DNA of 64,000 nucleotides from an uncultured Clostridium sp. (GTDB lineage: Bacteria; Bacillota; Clostridia; TANB77; CAG-508), in contig CAYJGL010000002.1 of NCBI GenBank assembly GCA_964369695.1, positions 35 through 64,034 on the forward strand. Direction: 5' to 3'. Shown piece after piece: positions 42,821 through 53,150 of the stretch. The notes beneath the pieces are model-generated. The model worked only from the letters and a program-made list of their open reading frames with translations. It made no database searches and had not been told where the DNA came from. The number at the start of each line of letters is the position of its first letter. Positions within the stretch are counted from its first letter, which is position 1. The translations under genes and the position numbers were made by a program.

Positions 42821-44129
42821 TTAGATTTTTAAATTTTTCTATTATATCTTCATTTGAAAGCGGTGAATATTTATGTTGTTTTAGTGCTTCTTGTATTTTT
42901 CTACCTTCAATCATTTTTGTTCTTAGTTCTTCACTCATTTCATCCATATTTGCTAATTCGTATACTTCTTTTGTTTCTAAATAACTTAAGAATTTTCTTC
43001 TTATATCTGCTCCTAATTTTTTAATTTCAGAAGATTGAACTGCTCCACCTAACCTAGATACTGATACACCATAATCTATTGCTGGTTTTTGTCCTTTACT
43101 AAATTGTTTTTCTGATAATACAATTTGCCCATCTGTAATCGATATTATATTTGTAGAAATATAGTCTGTTATATCTCCACCTTTTGTTTCTACTATTGGT
43201 AGTATTGTTATAGAACCACCATTTTTATGTTGACACCCTTTTTCTAGTAATCTTGAATGTGTATAGAATATGTCCGCTGGATATGCTTCTCTTCCTGGAG
43301 TTTTTCCAGATAATATACTTATTTCTCTGTATATTTCAGCATGTTTTTTCAAGTCATCTATTACAACTAAAACATCTCTTTTCATATTCAAATATTCTTC
43401 TGCTATAGATAACCCTACATAAGGTATTAGGCTAAGTACTGGTGCTGTATCTTCATTTGTTGCAACAACCATTGTTGTATATGAAGTAGCATTTTTTCTT
43501 GATAATTCATTATATATAGATTTTATTTCTTTTTTTGTTTTTCCTACTCCTATATATATACATATCATACCTTTGCCTTTTTGATTTACTATAGTATCTA
43601 AAGCTATTTGTGTTTTTCCTACTTTTTTGTCTCCTATTATTAATTGTCTTTGTCCTTTTCCTATTGGATATATTAGATCAATCCCTGATATACCTGTAAG
43701 CATTGGTCTTTTTACATCTGTTCTATCCATTATTGGAATTGTTTCATTTTCAATATTTATATATTTTACATCTTCAAAGGATTTTCCAACTAATAAATCT
43801 ACACCAAATAAGTTTGTTACTCTTCCTAGCGCTTCTTTTGCAAATATTGCCTTTAGGCTTTCACCTGTAGAATTTACTATATCTCCAACTTCTATAGGAA
43901 AATATTGTTTCACTAGTGCAACAGATACATAGTTTTCATTTATTTCGTTTACATATCCCATTCCTTTTTCCCATATATTAACTTTTTCAAAAAATTTAAC
44001 ATTTTCTAATCCTGATACATGTATTATGTAGTCTGTTACTCTTATTACTTTTCCTGAATCAAAAACATTTTCTTCATTTTTAATTTGTTCTATCTTTTTA
44101 TTTAATAAATTCTCTATATGTGTTGCCAT
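42798..44129 (-). CDS. atpA: F1 ATPase alpha-like subunit (short C-terminus)
   Basis: RQLIIGDKKVGKTQIALDTIVNQ (alpha Walker A context), VLVVIDDLKKHA, GREAYPADIFYTHSRLLE, GSITILPIVETKGGDITDYISTNIISITDGQIVL and PAIDYGVSVSR. At 443 aa it is shorter than the ~500 aa typical length. Confidence 0.9.
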   Translation of the reverse strand: MATHIENLLNKKIEQIKNEENVFDSGKVIRVTDYIIHVSGLENVKFFEKVNIWEKGMGYVNEINENYVSVALVKQYFPIEVGDIVNSTGESLKAIFAKEALGRVTNLFGVDLLVGKSFEDVKYINIENETIPIMDRTDVKRPMLTGISGIDLIYPIGKGQRQLIIGDKKVGKTQIALDTIVNQKGKGMICIYIGVGKTKKEIKSIYNELSRKNATSYTTMVVATNEDTAPVLSLIPYVGLSIAEEYLNMKRDVLVVIDDLKKHAEIYREISILSGKTPGREAYPADIFYTHSRLLEKGCQHKNGGSITILPIVETKGGDITDYISTNIISITDGQIVLSEKQFSKGQKPAIDYGVSVSRLGGAVQSSEIKKLGADIRRKFLSYLETKEVYELANMDEMSEELRTKMIEGRKIQEALKQHKYSPLSNEDIIEKFKNLSEGINEN

Positions 44130-44146
44130 ATTATTTTTCCTTTCGT

Positions 44147-45007
44147 TTATATACTATAATCATATATTTGACCTCTGTATATTATCATTACACCTTCTGA
44201 CATATTTTTATAAAAACATGTTTTAATATTTTCGTTTAAATGATCATAATTTAAATCTTTTATTCCTACGTATATATATATAGTTGGATCATATTGTTTA
44301 ATTATTCTTTCTAAATAATCTACTAATTTAGTTATAGTAAATTTGTTAATGTTTGAAAATTCCTTTTCTAAATCAACTATTTTTTGAACTTCTTTTGTTG
44401 TGACTTGTTTTACTAATTCATATTGCTCACTATTTGTAAATGTTAATAAGTCATATATTACTTTAGGCGAAAATTGATCCTTATATTTTTTTAATAATTC
44501 ATATTCTTTTGCCATTTTCACACTACCACGTTTTTTGGTTTTGTTTTCTAAAAAGTTTTCTATAACTTCTCTATTATCAATATTAAATTGTTTTTTTAAT
44601 TCTTTATAGTTATAGAAGAAACCTTCTTCTTTATATTTAGGTGATATGTTTTCGATTCCTAAATTATTTTCTTCTTTTTTTATAATAGCTTCTTTTACTC
44701 TTAACTTTTCCTTATATTCTTTCATTCTCACTAATTTATTCTCAATATCATTATCAAATAATAAATCAGTATCTTCTTTTTCTAGCATTTCAACTATTTT
44801 AGATTTTTCTTTTATTTTCTGCAATCTTTCTAAAATTTCATCATATTCTTTTTGCTTTTCATCTATTAAATAATTATATTCTTGTAATGTTCTAAGAAAA
44901 TATTTTTTTACATTTTGATCTATTCTTTTCACAAGATTTTTTAATATATAAAAACTGAATATGAACATTATACCTACTATTAATATTGCTTGAATTATTT
45001 CTTCCAT
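44147..45007 (-). CDS. peripheral-stalk-like protein (b-like N-terminus, possible b-delta fusion)
   Basis: One N-terminal TM (IIQAILIVGIMFIFSFYIL) and a long charged coiled-coil-like region. The C-terminus EGVMIIYRGQIYDYSI resembles the delta/OSCP end (..GG..I.VGD.V.DGS.). It occupies the atpF/atpH position. Confidence 0.45.
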   Translation of the reverse strand: MEEIIQAILIVGIMFIFSFYILKNLVKRIDQNVKKYFLRTLQEYNYLIDEKQKEYDEILERLQKIKEKSKIVEMLEKEDTDLLFDNDIENKLVRMKEYKEKLRVKEAIIKKEENNLGIENISPKYKEEGFFYNYKELKKQFNIDNREVIENFLENKTKKRGSVKMAKEYELLKKYKDQFSPKVIYDLLTFTNSEQYELVKQVTTKEVQKIVDLEKEFSNINKFTITKLVDYLERIIKQYDPTIYIYVGIKDLNYDHLNENIKTCFYKNMSEGVMIIYRGQIYDYSI

Positions 45008-45022
45008 ATTTCACCTACCACT

Positions 45023-45283
<261 letters not shown>

Positions 45284-45292
45284 TTATATTTA

Positions 45293-45328
45293 TTGTATGT
45301 GTAAATTTTTTACCATCTACACATACAA
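45293..45328 (-). other. intra-operon stem-loop at the 5' end of the ATPase module
   Basis: Perfect 11-bp inverted repeat ttgtatgtgta / tacacatacaa with a 14-nt loop. It lies between the stop of the 484-aa gene and the c-like gene. Confidence 0.45.
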
Positions 45329-45332
45329 TTTA

Positions 45333-46787
45333 TTAATATACTCTCACCATAGCACTTACATCTGGCGATATTTTTGTTCCGCTATAATACACATCTTCAA
45401 GTCTTACTTCTATAGTAGAACACACTTCTCTATCAAATGTATATACCCATCCATTATAGCTTGCTGCTTGTGAAATATTTACTTGCTGTTTATATGTTCT
45501 TTCACTTTCTGTTCCTTTATCTAATATCATTACAATATTTGCACTTTGATATATATATTTTTGATCTATTTTTAATGTTCCTGTTATATTGTTTACTCCT
45601 ACTTTATCGATTGTTACACTTGATGAATCATCTTTTGTTCTAATTACAATTACATCTTCTATATTCTCTTTTACTGTTCCATTTTCTTTAATTTCTTTAG
45701 AGTTTAATGAAACTGTGTATTCTTTATTTGGGTTTAAACCTGTTATTGTATATGATGTTTGGTTTTTATCTAGTGATATAGTATCATTTTTATCTCCAGA
45801 TAAGACTAAGTATACTGTTTGATACATGTTTTCAACATCTATTATAGAATAATCTACTGTAATTGTTGATGATGTTGATGATGAACCTCTTAAACTTATG
45901 CTTTTAGCAACTGGTGTTTGTGAATCAAAGTTTTGATTTCCTGAATTAGTTCCTGTTCCACCTGTATTTCCATTATTATTGCTATTGCCATTATTAATAT
46001 TTATGTCTGTATTATTGCTATTGTTGTTATTATAGTTATTACTATTATTATTTACTACTGATTGTCCTGTTTGCTCAGATTCATCATTCTCTTCTTCTGT
46101 ATTAGTACCTTCTACAACATCTACTTTTTCTATATATTCATTTGTACTTCCTATTATTTTTTTAAGATCTATTTCTCCATCACTATAAATTAATTTTTCA
46201 TTTGCTATATCAAATTCAAATGAATCTGTTATTATTGTCATCGGATTTATAATTTTTGTATTAACTTCATGATTTTGTAATAATGTATTTCCAGATCGAT
46301 CTATAGTTACTATTAAATAATTTTCAGTATTTAGTGTTCCTGTTGTATCAACAATCTCTGATGCTATTATTAAATACTTTCTATCTTCCAATTTATACAA
46401 TTGACTATCAGAATAATCTAATATTTCAGTTCTACCAGAATATTTTTCTACTTGTCCACCTAATGTTACTTTATATATTTCTCCAAATACGTCTAGAGTT
46501 ATAGCATTTTGATTTAAGACTATTGCATGTTCTCCTAATTTATATTCATTATTTTCTTCTTTTATATAATAATTATTATCCCACTTTCTTTCTATTTCGC
46601 TCTTAGCTTTTAATTCCATTGGATTATCTTCACTATCGTAGAAAAATGTATTTGATGATAATTGATACTTTGAATCCTCCCTATCTGAAATTATATATAA
46701 ATATGTTACTAATATTGCTATAATAAGTAGTATTATTATAAAAAACACTACAAAATTTTTCTTATTCCCATTTGATAATTTTCTCAA
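45333..46787 (-). CDS. bitopic surface protein (484 aa): tail-TM-juxtamembrane domain-Asn-rich linker-FN3-like domains
   Basis: TM FVVFFIIILLIIAILVTYLYII. Low-complexity linker NNNSNNYNNNNSNNTDININNGNSNNNGNTGGTGTNSGNQN (~45918..46106). FN3-like GLNPNKEYTVSL. Confidence 0.8.
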   Translation of the reverse strand: MRKLSNGNKKNFVVFFIIILLIIAILVTYLYIISDREDSKYQLSSNTFFYDSEDNPMELKAKSEIERKWDNNYYIKEENNEYKLGEHAIVLNQNAITLDVFGEIYKVTLGGQVEKYSGRTEILDYSDSQLYKLEDRKYLIIASEIVDTTGTLNTENYLIVTIDRSGNTLLQNHEVNTKIINPMTIITDSFEFDIANEKLIYSDGEIDLKKIIGSTNEYIEKVDVVEGTNTEEENDESEQTGQSVVNNNSNNYNNNNSNNTDININNGNSNNNGNTGGTGTNSGNQNFDSQTPVAKSISLRGSSSTSSTITVDYSIIDVENMYQTVYLVLSGDKNDTISLDKNQTSYTITGLNPNKEYTVSLNSKEIKENGTVKENIEDVIVIRTKDDSSSVTIDKVGVNNITGTLKIDQKYIYQSANIVMILDKGTESERTYKQQVNISQAASYNGWVYTFDREVCSTIEVRLEDVYYSGTKISPDVSAMVRVY

Positions 46788-46799
46788 TTATATCACCTC

Positions 46800-49700
46800 C
46801 TACCAATTTATTGTTATACTGTTATAAATCATTATTTCTTTTGTATCTGATTGATCTGCAGTCTCTTCATTTGGAATTTCCGTAAAACAAGCAATTGTAA
46901 TTTTATTATTTGTTTCTGGATATGGATCAGCTGATTCTAATAATAAATATTTCATAGCAGGATCATTTGGATCTACAATAAATGTTTTACCATTTTCCGA
47001 ATCTATTAATATCTCTGTAGAATCTTGAGTGTTTATTGTGTACGTAATTCTTGATATTTCTCCTAAATTTAAACTATTTTTAAATTCTAAGTATAAATTC
47101 CCATCTGCATGTTCAGTAATACTAATTTCTCCTATGTCTATGTTATTTTCATTTTCTATTGCTTTTAGAATTGAAGAACTGCTAATATACTCATTTTGAT
47201 CTATTTCCCCATCATTATTTTTATCAAAATCTATTCTCATAGATATTTCATAGTTCAAATTATTAGAATATATTCCTTTTGAATTATCTAATGTTATTCT
47301 TGATAACTGATTAGTAGTCATTTGTGTATTTTCTTCAAGTATTTTTGTATTTGTATTCATATTTTTTACAGTTAAGTTTAAGTTATTTCCAACAAAATTA
47401 TATTGTCCAGTAACCAAAGTTGGTGTTATTAAAATATCTGAATTTTCCATATTATTGCCATCCACTCTGACTGTAGTAATATTTATACTAGGTAACCCCG
47501 GATTAAATATAAATTCTTCATTGTAATCTATTCTACTTATTAAATTTCCACTTTTTGATTTTATTAAAAATGTAATTTTATATTTATGATCTGTATCAAA
47601 TATTATTCTACTATCGCCTTCTACAGTATTTACTTGTACTGAATTTTTAATATTAACACTTGTAGTAGGACTAATATATGGATTACCCGATTTTAGTTTT
47701 TCTTCTCCGTTTTCATACAATATATATTCTATATCATATCCTTGTGTTGTTCCACTAAGTATATCATATGATAAAGTTGCTGTTTCTAATCCATCATTTA
47801 GCCTAAAGCTTACATTTCCAAAATCTACAAGACCTAATGTCGCAAAAATATATATGTTACCTGATTTATTAAGATTCGAATCATAAATATACTCTACATT
47901 ACCTTCTTTTTTGTTATATATTCTTACTCCGTATCTTGTTCCTGGTTGAAGATTTTTTATTTCTGCTGTTACTTTTCCTGTGCTAGAATCATAAGTTGAT
48001 ATATTTAGTTCTGTCCATGTTTCATCTTCTATAACCCCACCACTTGAATCTACTTTTACATACTCTATATATATTTCATCTTTTTTTACAGCTTGTTCTA
48101 TTCCATTTTCAAACATACCTTCTATGTTAAAATTAAATGTGTATGAATCCATTAGAGTTGAATATTTATTATTATCCACAGAATTTATAGACATTGGGAT
48201 ATATGAGTTGTCTAATGCTATATTCTCATTTGTGATTGTTTTGTTCTTTATTTCTTTTGCATAAATAATATTGTTATTATACATTATTCCTTTATCTGTT
48301 ATTGATATAGGAAGTTTTATTTCATTTCCATTTTCATCATTTAAAGTCATTTCTGTATCTGATATTGATATAATTGAAAAGGTTGTTGCTTCTGTGACTA
48401 CTTCTGTTAATTCTAATCCATTTTTTCCACTATTATATTTATATAATTTACCATTTTCATTTTCTATTATTATAGGGTTATTTGAATTTTCTCTAAAATC
48501 AATTATTGATGAATCGTAATATATATTTGTTTCAATTTTCAAATCTGTAAGGTCTGCTGTTCCTATTAAATTAATTAATTCAATATAATTAACTAATAGT
48601 GTATTATTTGATAGTACATTAACATTTCCCATTATTTTTGTATTACCATCTTTTGTAATTGCTAACGATACATATGATATTGATTTTTTATGTTCTTCTG
48701 TTAATCCATTTATTTTTATTTCAAATCTATTTTCATCATATTCTCCAATATCTGTTGTTACAGATTCAAAATCTAAAACTCCTTTATAATCAAATTCAAT
48801 TAATTTTTGTTCTGTTGAAACGCTACTATCACTTAACTTATATTTGATAGCAAATTGTAAATTCCCAACTAATATATTATTTATTTTTAATTGCTGATAT
48901 ATGCTTATATTTTTATTTAAATCATATCTACTTACATTTCCTGCATTTGTCATAATCAATTCTTTATTTTGTTCTTCTATTATAGCATTATCAATATCAA
49001 TTACTTTATATTTTAATGTCAAATTAGAATCCACATCTAAATATTCTGGATACATATATGTATCTGGTAGTTGTTTAGGTACTACTCCTGCTACTGAAAA
49101 ATATTTTACACCTTCATCAATTTGTTCTTGAGATGGTAAAATGATTTCAAGTGTGCCATCTTCTCCACCTTCTAATACAATATTATATTCAAATTTATAT
49201 GATACTCCTCTTTTTAAAACATTAGCATCATTATAATTTCCTAATTCAAAATAAGCTGATAAAATTTCATCTTCTGTTTGTCCAACTTGTATCCTAGTAT
49301 TTATTGTATTCTCATCAATAGTTACTTCTTTAATTTCATTTAAAGGATTTCCATTACTATCTAAGTCATATACTCTATATGTAATACTTTTAACTGTAGA
49401 TACATCATAAGTATTTTTAGGATATATAGCAAACCCAACATTTGTACTTTCTAATAAACTATTGTAATCAGTAGTTGTATTTAAGCTTGCTGTGTATAAT
49501 AAACTCTCTTCTCTTTGTTTTTTAGTGATTTCTTGTATTTCTAATGCGTCATTAATTTCATCCCCTTGTGGTCCTACTGGCATAAGATAATTCGTTTCAT
49601 ATATTTCTATTTTATTATTTTGAAGACCTATTTTATTTCCAACATAGTCTCTAGCTTCAGAAATTTCAATTATATATTGATCATGTACAATATCATCATT

Positions 49701-52331
49701 AGTTAATTTTTTACTACTGTTAGTTGTACTCGTAAAACTACTAGGAATAATATTTAAAGTATTATTTTTAATATCTTCCGATATTGAACTTGTATAATAA
49801 TCACTGTTTTGATCTTGAATTTCAGCTACTCCTATTGCACTTCCTATTTTTTCCAAACTTTTACTTCCATCAGCATTATTCAATACATTAGCTCTATATA
49901 ATTCTACTTCTAAACTATTAAGTGTTTTCAATTCTAATTCGTTAATATTATTAAATAAACCTACTTGTATATTAAATTTATTTGTCAAATCACCTGCATT
50001 GTTAGTTAGAGAGAATTGTAAATCTTTTGGAATTTTAGTATTAACATATACAGATCCTAAATACACACTATCAGTTTTATTTTCCATCAATATCACTTCA
50101 AACTCGTATGTAGTATTTGATTTTAGATTGTTAATATCTATAGGTATTGCTGCTACTACATTTGAATTAATAGTTTTTTTATTTCCTAATCCATCTGAAT
50201 AGTTTACAATTATACTATCTGTTGTATCATCAATCATATTTGCAGGATCACTTATTTGTATTTCACCTTGAATTCTCTCAAATGTAACTAAACTATTACC
50301 ATCTATATCAAAACCTTCATTAAATTTTATAGTTGGAATCTGAAGTTTATCGAATTTCATTGTGGAACTTCTGTTGCTTGTCAATTCTTGATATTTTTCA
50401 TTATCATAAAATTCCACTATAACTTCAAAATAGTATTCAGTATTTCTGTTGATGTCCCCTTCTATTTTAACTGTTTCTCCATTATCTTTTATTTCTTCTT
50501 TATCCACTGTTATTACAGTTTCAGGTGTAGATGAATTTATCTCTACAACAGGCTTTTTATTTATATTTCCATAATCTTTTTCTTCATATACCATAAATGT
50601 ATATGACTGTATACCTTTATCTTTATCAGATATTCCATTTAATTTAAGGTTTACTTGATTGTTTCGTTCATCATATTGAAATTCTGGTGTTGAAGATATT
50701 GTAGGATATTGTTTTAATGTCACATGTTGCTGAGTATACGAAGTATTAGAGTATTTAACATTATCTATAATAACATCTTTTATATTCACTATATACGAAC
50801 TATTATTTACCAATCCATTAAAAGTAATTATTTTATCACTAGTTTGTGTTACTGTTTTTTGTTCTATATAATTTCCATTAATGTCTGTTAATTCAACAAC
50901 AGCACTTTGAACTCCTGTATCTTGTTGGAATTCCATTTCAAAAGAAAGTGAATTTGGTGTAAATACTTCTTTTTTAAGTTCAACTCCCATTATATTTGTT
51001 CTAAATATTTTATATACAAAAGTTTTATTATATGTAATATCTCCTACTTTATATTGTCCTTTAATCTCCAATGTATATTCATTATCTGGTTCTAAATTTT
51101 CATACGAAATTATACTTGTATATACCCCTTCTGGTATTTCGGAAGTATATACTTCTGAATTTGTATTGTTTTTTATTATTCTTACAGTTGATGAACCTGT
51201 TAAAACTAATTGTTCATCTATAATTTCTATTTCTGCTTGCATTTTTACTGAAGATGTTTCAAATCCTACAATTTTAAAAGTTGGCTCTGTAATTTGTAGA
51301 CTACTAACATCTACAGATGGTACAAAATTTGTGTCGCCTGTTGTCTCTCCTAAACCTGTATCTGTATTGTTTGTATTTCCCTGAATATTTGTATTTTGCG
51401 AATTATCATTATTAGTACTGCTGCTAGTTTGTCCGTTTTGTGTAGAACTTTGATTATTTTCTTCTGAAATAGTTTGATTTTCTGTCTCGTTTAATTCTTC
51501 TACATTTTCTTCTGCATCTTCAACTTCATAGCTAGCTAAATCTACAATATCAATGTTATCATCAGAATCTAAAACCATATTCTCCATACTTAACAAAGGA
51601 ACATTTGCTTTTGATATTATTTTATTTGATAAGTCTACTTTTACATCTCCAGGTATTTGTATATTTACATTTGAAGCAATTGTTTGATAACTTAACTCTT
51701 GATTATATATTTTAATAATTTCGTTATCGATATATTCTATTTCTAAGTATCCATTTATTTCTTTTGTTTCTGCACCATTGTCCAATGTTAATGTTATCTG
51801 ATTTGAAGCTATTAAATATTTATTTTCGCTTATTTTAAGTATTAAATTCGTAAATTCAAGCTCATCATTCAAATTCATAACAGTATATTTATCTTGATTT
51901 TTTAGTAGAGTTTTATTCACTGGTAATGTATAATATACAATTGTTTCTTTCTCTATTTCATCCAAATTTAATAGTACTGCATTTTTAAAAACTCCTATAG
52001 AACCATCTCCATAGTGAATGAAATCGTCTTGTTCTATAGTGGTAGGATTACCTTGAACATCTTCAAATTCTATTTGTTCCATATAATTTTCTGTATATTC
52101 TTGTTCTTTATCAAAATATATCCTGTTTATATCTGTATTTTCTTGCGAGTTGCTTGCTTGTAATATATATCCAGATTCATCAAATGTTTTAATTTTAGAG
52201 TTTTGATTTTCAATTGTTATATATATCAAAAAAGAAATCAAAATAATAATTGTAATCAGTATTACTCCTAGTTTCCACCATCTTAAAAAAAAGTTAACTT
52301 TTTTATCTGTTTTTCTTGTATTTTTTTCCAT
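46800..52331 (-). CDS. giant (~1843 aa) N-terminally anchored surface protein with FN3/Ig-like repeat array
   Basis: The ORF is open to 52367, but GGAGG-N5-ATG supports the MEKNTRK start at 52331. TM LGVILITIIILISFLIYITI, an acidic/Asn/Thr/Gln-rich linker, then many FN3-like units (LEPDNEYTLEIKG, NRNTEYYFEVIV, LKSNTTYEFEV, LQPGTRYGVRIY). No C-terminal TM. Confidence 0.85.
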   Translation of the reverse strand: MEKNTRKTDKKVNFFLRWWKLGVILITIIILISFLIYITIENQNSKIKTFDESGYILQASNSQENTDINRIYFDKEQEYTENYMEQIEFEDVQGNPTTIEQDDFIHYGDGSIGVFKNAVLLNLDEIEKETIVYYTLPVNKTLLKNQDKYTVMNLNDELEFTNLILKISENKYLIASNQITLTLDNGAETKEINGYLEIEYIDNEIIKIYNQELSYQTIASNVNIQIPGDVKVDLSNKIISKANVPLLSMENMVLDSDDNIDIVDLASYEVEDAEENVEELNETENQTISEENNQSSTQNGQTSSSTNNDNSQNTNIQGNTNNTDTGLGETTGDTNFVPSVDVSSLQITEPTFKIVGFETSSVKMQAEIEIIDEQLVLTGSSTVRIIKNNTNSEVYTSEIPEGVYTSIISYENLEPDNEYTLEIKGQYKVGDITYNKTFVYKIFRTNIMGVELKKEVFTPNSLSFEMEFQQDTGVQSAVVELTDINGNYIEQKTVTQTSDKIITFNGLVNNSSYIVNIKDVIIDNVKYSNTSYTQQHVTLKQYPTISSTPEFQYDERNNQVNLKLNGISDKDKGIQSYTFMVYEEKDYGNINKKPVVEINSSTPETVITVDKEEIKDNGETVKIEGDINRNTEYYFEVIVEFYDNEKYQELTSNRSSTMKFDKLQIPTIKFNEGFDIDGNSLVTFERIQGEIQISDPANMIDDTTDSIIVNYSDGLGNKKTINSNVVAAIPIDINNLKSNTTYEFEVILMENKTDSVYLGSVYVNTKIPKDLQFSLTNNAGDLTNKFNIQVGLFNNINELELKTLNSLEVELYRANVLNNADGSKSLEKIGSAIGVAEIQDQNSDYYTSSISEDIKNNTLNIIPSSFTSTTNSSKKLTNDDIVHDQYIIEISEARDYVGNKIGLQNNKIEIYETNYLMPVGPQGDEINDALEIQEITKKQREESLLYTASLNTTTDYNSLLESTNVGFAIYPKNTYDVSTVKSITYRVYDLDSNGNPLNEIKEVTIDENTINTRIQVGQTEDEILSAYFELGNYNDANVLKRGVSYKFEYNIVLEGGEDGTLEIILPSQEQIDEGVKYFSVAGVVPKQLPDTYMYPEYLDVDSNLTLKYKVIDIDNAIIEEQNKELIMTNAGNVSRYDLNKNISIYQQLKINNILVGNLQFAIKYKLSDSSVSTEQKLIEFDYKGVLDFESVTTDIGEYDENRFEIKINGLTEEHKKSISYVSLAITKDGNTKIMGNVNVLSNNTLLVNYIELINLIGTADLTDLKIETNIYYDSSIIDFRENSNNPIIIENENGKLYKYNSGKNGLELTEVVTEATTFSIISISDTEMTLNDENGNEIKLPISITDKGIMYNNNIIYAKEIKNKTITNENIALDNSYIPMSINSVDNNKYSTLMDSYTFNFNIEGMFENGIEQAVKKDEIYIEYVKVDSSGGVIEDETWTELNISTYDSSTGKVTAEIKNLQPGTRYGVRIYNKKEGNVEYIYDSNLNKSGNIYIFATLGLVDFGNVSFRLNDGLETATLSYDILSGTTQGYDIEYILYENGEEKLKSGNPYISPTTSVNIKNSVQVNTVEGDSRIIFDTDHKYKITFLIKSKSGNLISRIDYNEEFIFNPGLPSINITTVRVDGNNMENSDILITPTLVTGQYNFVGNNLNLTVKNMNTNTKILEENTQMTTNQLSRITLDNSKGIYSNNLNYEISMRIDFDKNNDGEIDQNEYISSSSILKAIENENNIDIGEISITEHADGNLYLEFKNSLNLGEISRITYTINTQDSTEILIDSENGKTFIVDPNDPAMKYLLLESADPYPETNNKITIACFTEIPNEETADQSDTKEIMIYNSITINW

Positions 52332-52418
52332 ATTTCCTCCAACAAATTCTAGTTGTATTTTATACATTTTTTATACACATAATTCTAAATATATTATATA
52401 CTATTTGTGTGTGTTTTT

Positions 52419-52480
52419 CTACAAAAATTGTAGTTTTAAATATTACATTTATATTACAGTTGTATTACAGTTGTATTACA
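52419..52480 (-). promoter_or_regulatory. candidate operator region of the giant operon: four phased TGTAATA heptamers plus a 6-3-6 palindrome
   Basis: The plus strand has TATTACA at 52441, 52452, 52463 and 52474, spaced exactly 11 bp apart. The palindrome ctacaa-aaa-ttgtag lies at 52419..52433. A TATAAT (minus strand) lies at 52398..52393. Confidence 0.4.
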
Positions 52481-52526
52481 TTTACAATATACAAAAAAGC
52501 AAACTTTTATATCTAACTTTTAATAT

Positions 52527-52566
52527 AAAAATAACAAGAATATTCCCAAAACATTCTTGTTATTTT
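52527..52566 (-). terminator. rho-independent terminator after greA
   Basis: Perfect 14-bp stem aaaataacaagaat / attcttgttatttt with an 11-nt loop, 5 nt after the greA stop. A U-rich tail follows on the minus strand. Confidence 0.7.
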
Positions 52567-52570
52567 TATA

Positions 52571-53047
52571 TTATTTTTCTATCGAAAGTATTTTATATTT
52601 AGATGTCCCTGCTGGCGCTTTAACTTCAACCATATCATTTTTTCTAGCACCTAATAACGCTGCACCAAGTGGTGATTCATTTGATATTTTATTTTCTGCC
52701 AAATTCACTTCTGTTGTACCTACTATTGTATATTCTATTTTTTCATTAAATTCTTTATCATGAACTTTAACAATATTTCCTATTTGAACAGTTTCAGTAT
52801 CAATTTCTTTTTCATCTATTATTTTAGCATGTCTTAATTTATTTTCAAGTTCCGCTATTTTTATTTCATTATCTGCTTGAGCATTTTTGGCCTCATCATA
52901 TTCAGAATTTTCAGATAAGTCACCAAATCCTAATGCAACTTTTATTCTTTCTGCAATTTCTCCTCTTTTTTCAGTTCTTAAATGTTCTAATTCTTTTTCT
53001 AATTTTTCATAACCTTCTTTTGTTAATATAACATCTTTTTCTTCCAT
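52571..53047 (-). CDS. greA: transcription elongation factor GreA
   Basis: 158 aa with an N-terminal coiled coil (LT.EG...L..EL..L......I...I..A...GDLSENSEYDEAK) and a C-terminal globular domain (ISNESPLGAALLG). Confidence 0.9.
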   Translation of the reverse strand: MEEKDVILTKEGYEKLEKELEHLRTEKRGEIAERIKVALGFGDLSENSEYDEAKNAQADNEIKIAELENKLRHAKIIDEKEIDTETVQIGNIVKVHDKEFNEKIEYTIVGTTEVNLAENKISNESPLGAALLGARKNDMVEVKAPAGTSKYKILSIEK

Positions 53048-53065
53048 GTCATTTCCTCCTTTAAT

Positions 53066-53093
53066 AAAAAAACTAATGCAAGTTTTTGCATTA
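53066..53093 (-). terminator. hairpin + U7 inside the greA leader (attenuator-like), also distal terminator for ackA
   Basis: Stem taatgcaa / ttgcatta (53074-53081 / 53086-53093) with a 4-nt loop. On the minus strand it is followed by U7 (plus a7 at 53066-53072). It lies between the predicted greA promoter and the greA Shine-Dalgarno. Confidence 0.55.
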
Positions 53094-53121
53094 CTGTTTT
53101 TTATCTTAATAAATCTTATAT

Positions 53122-53150
53122 ATATTACGTTAAAAAATAATTTTTGTCAA
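53122..53150 (-). promoter_or_regulatory. sigmaA-type promoter for greA
   Basis: The minus strand reads TTGACA (53150..53145), a 17-nt spacer, then TAATAT (53127..53122). Confidence 0.5.
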
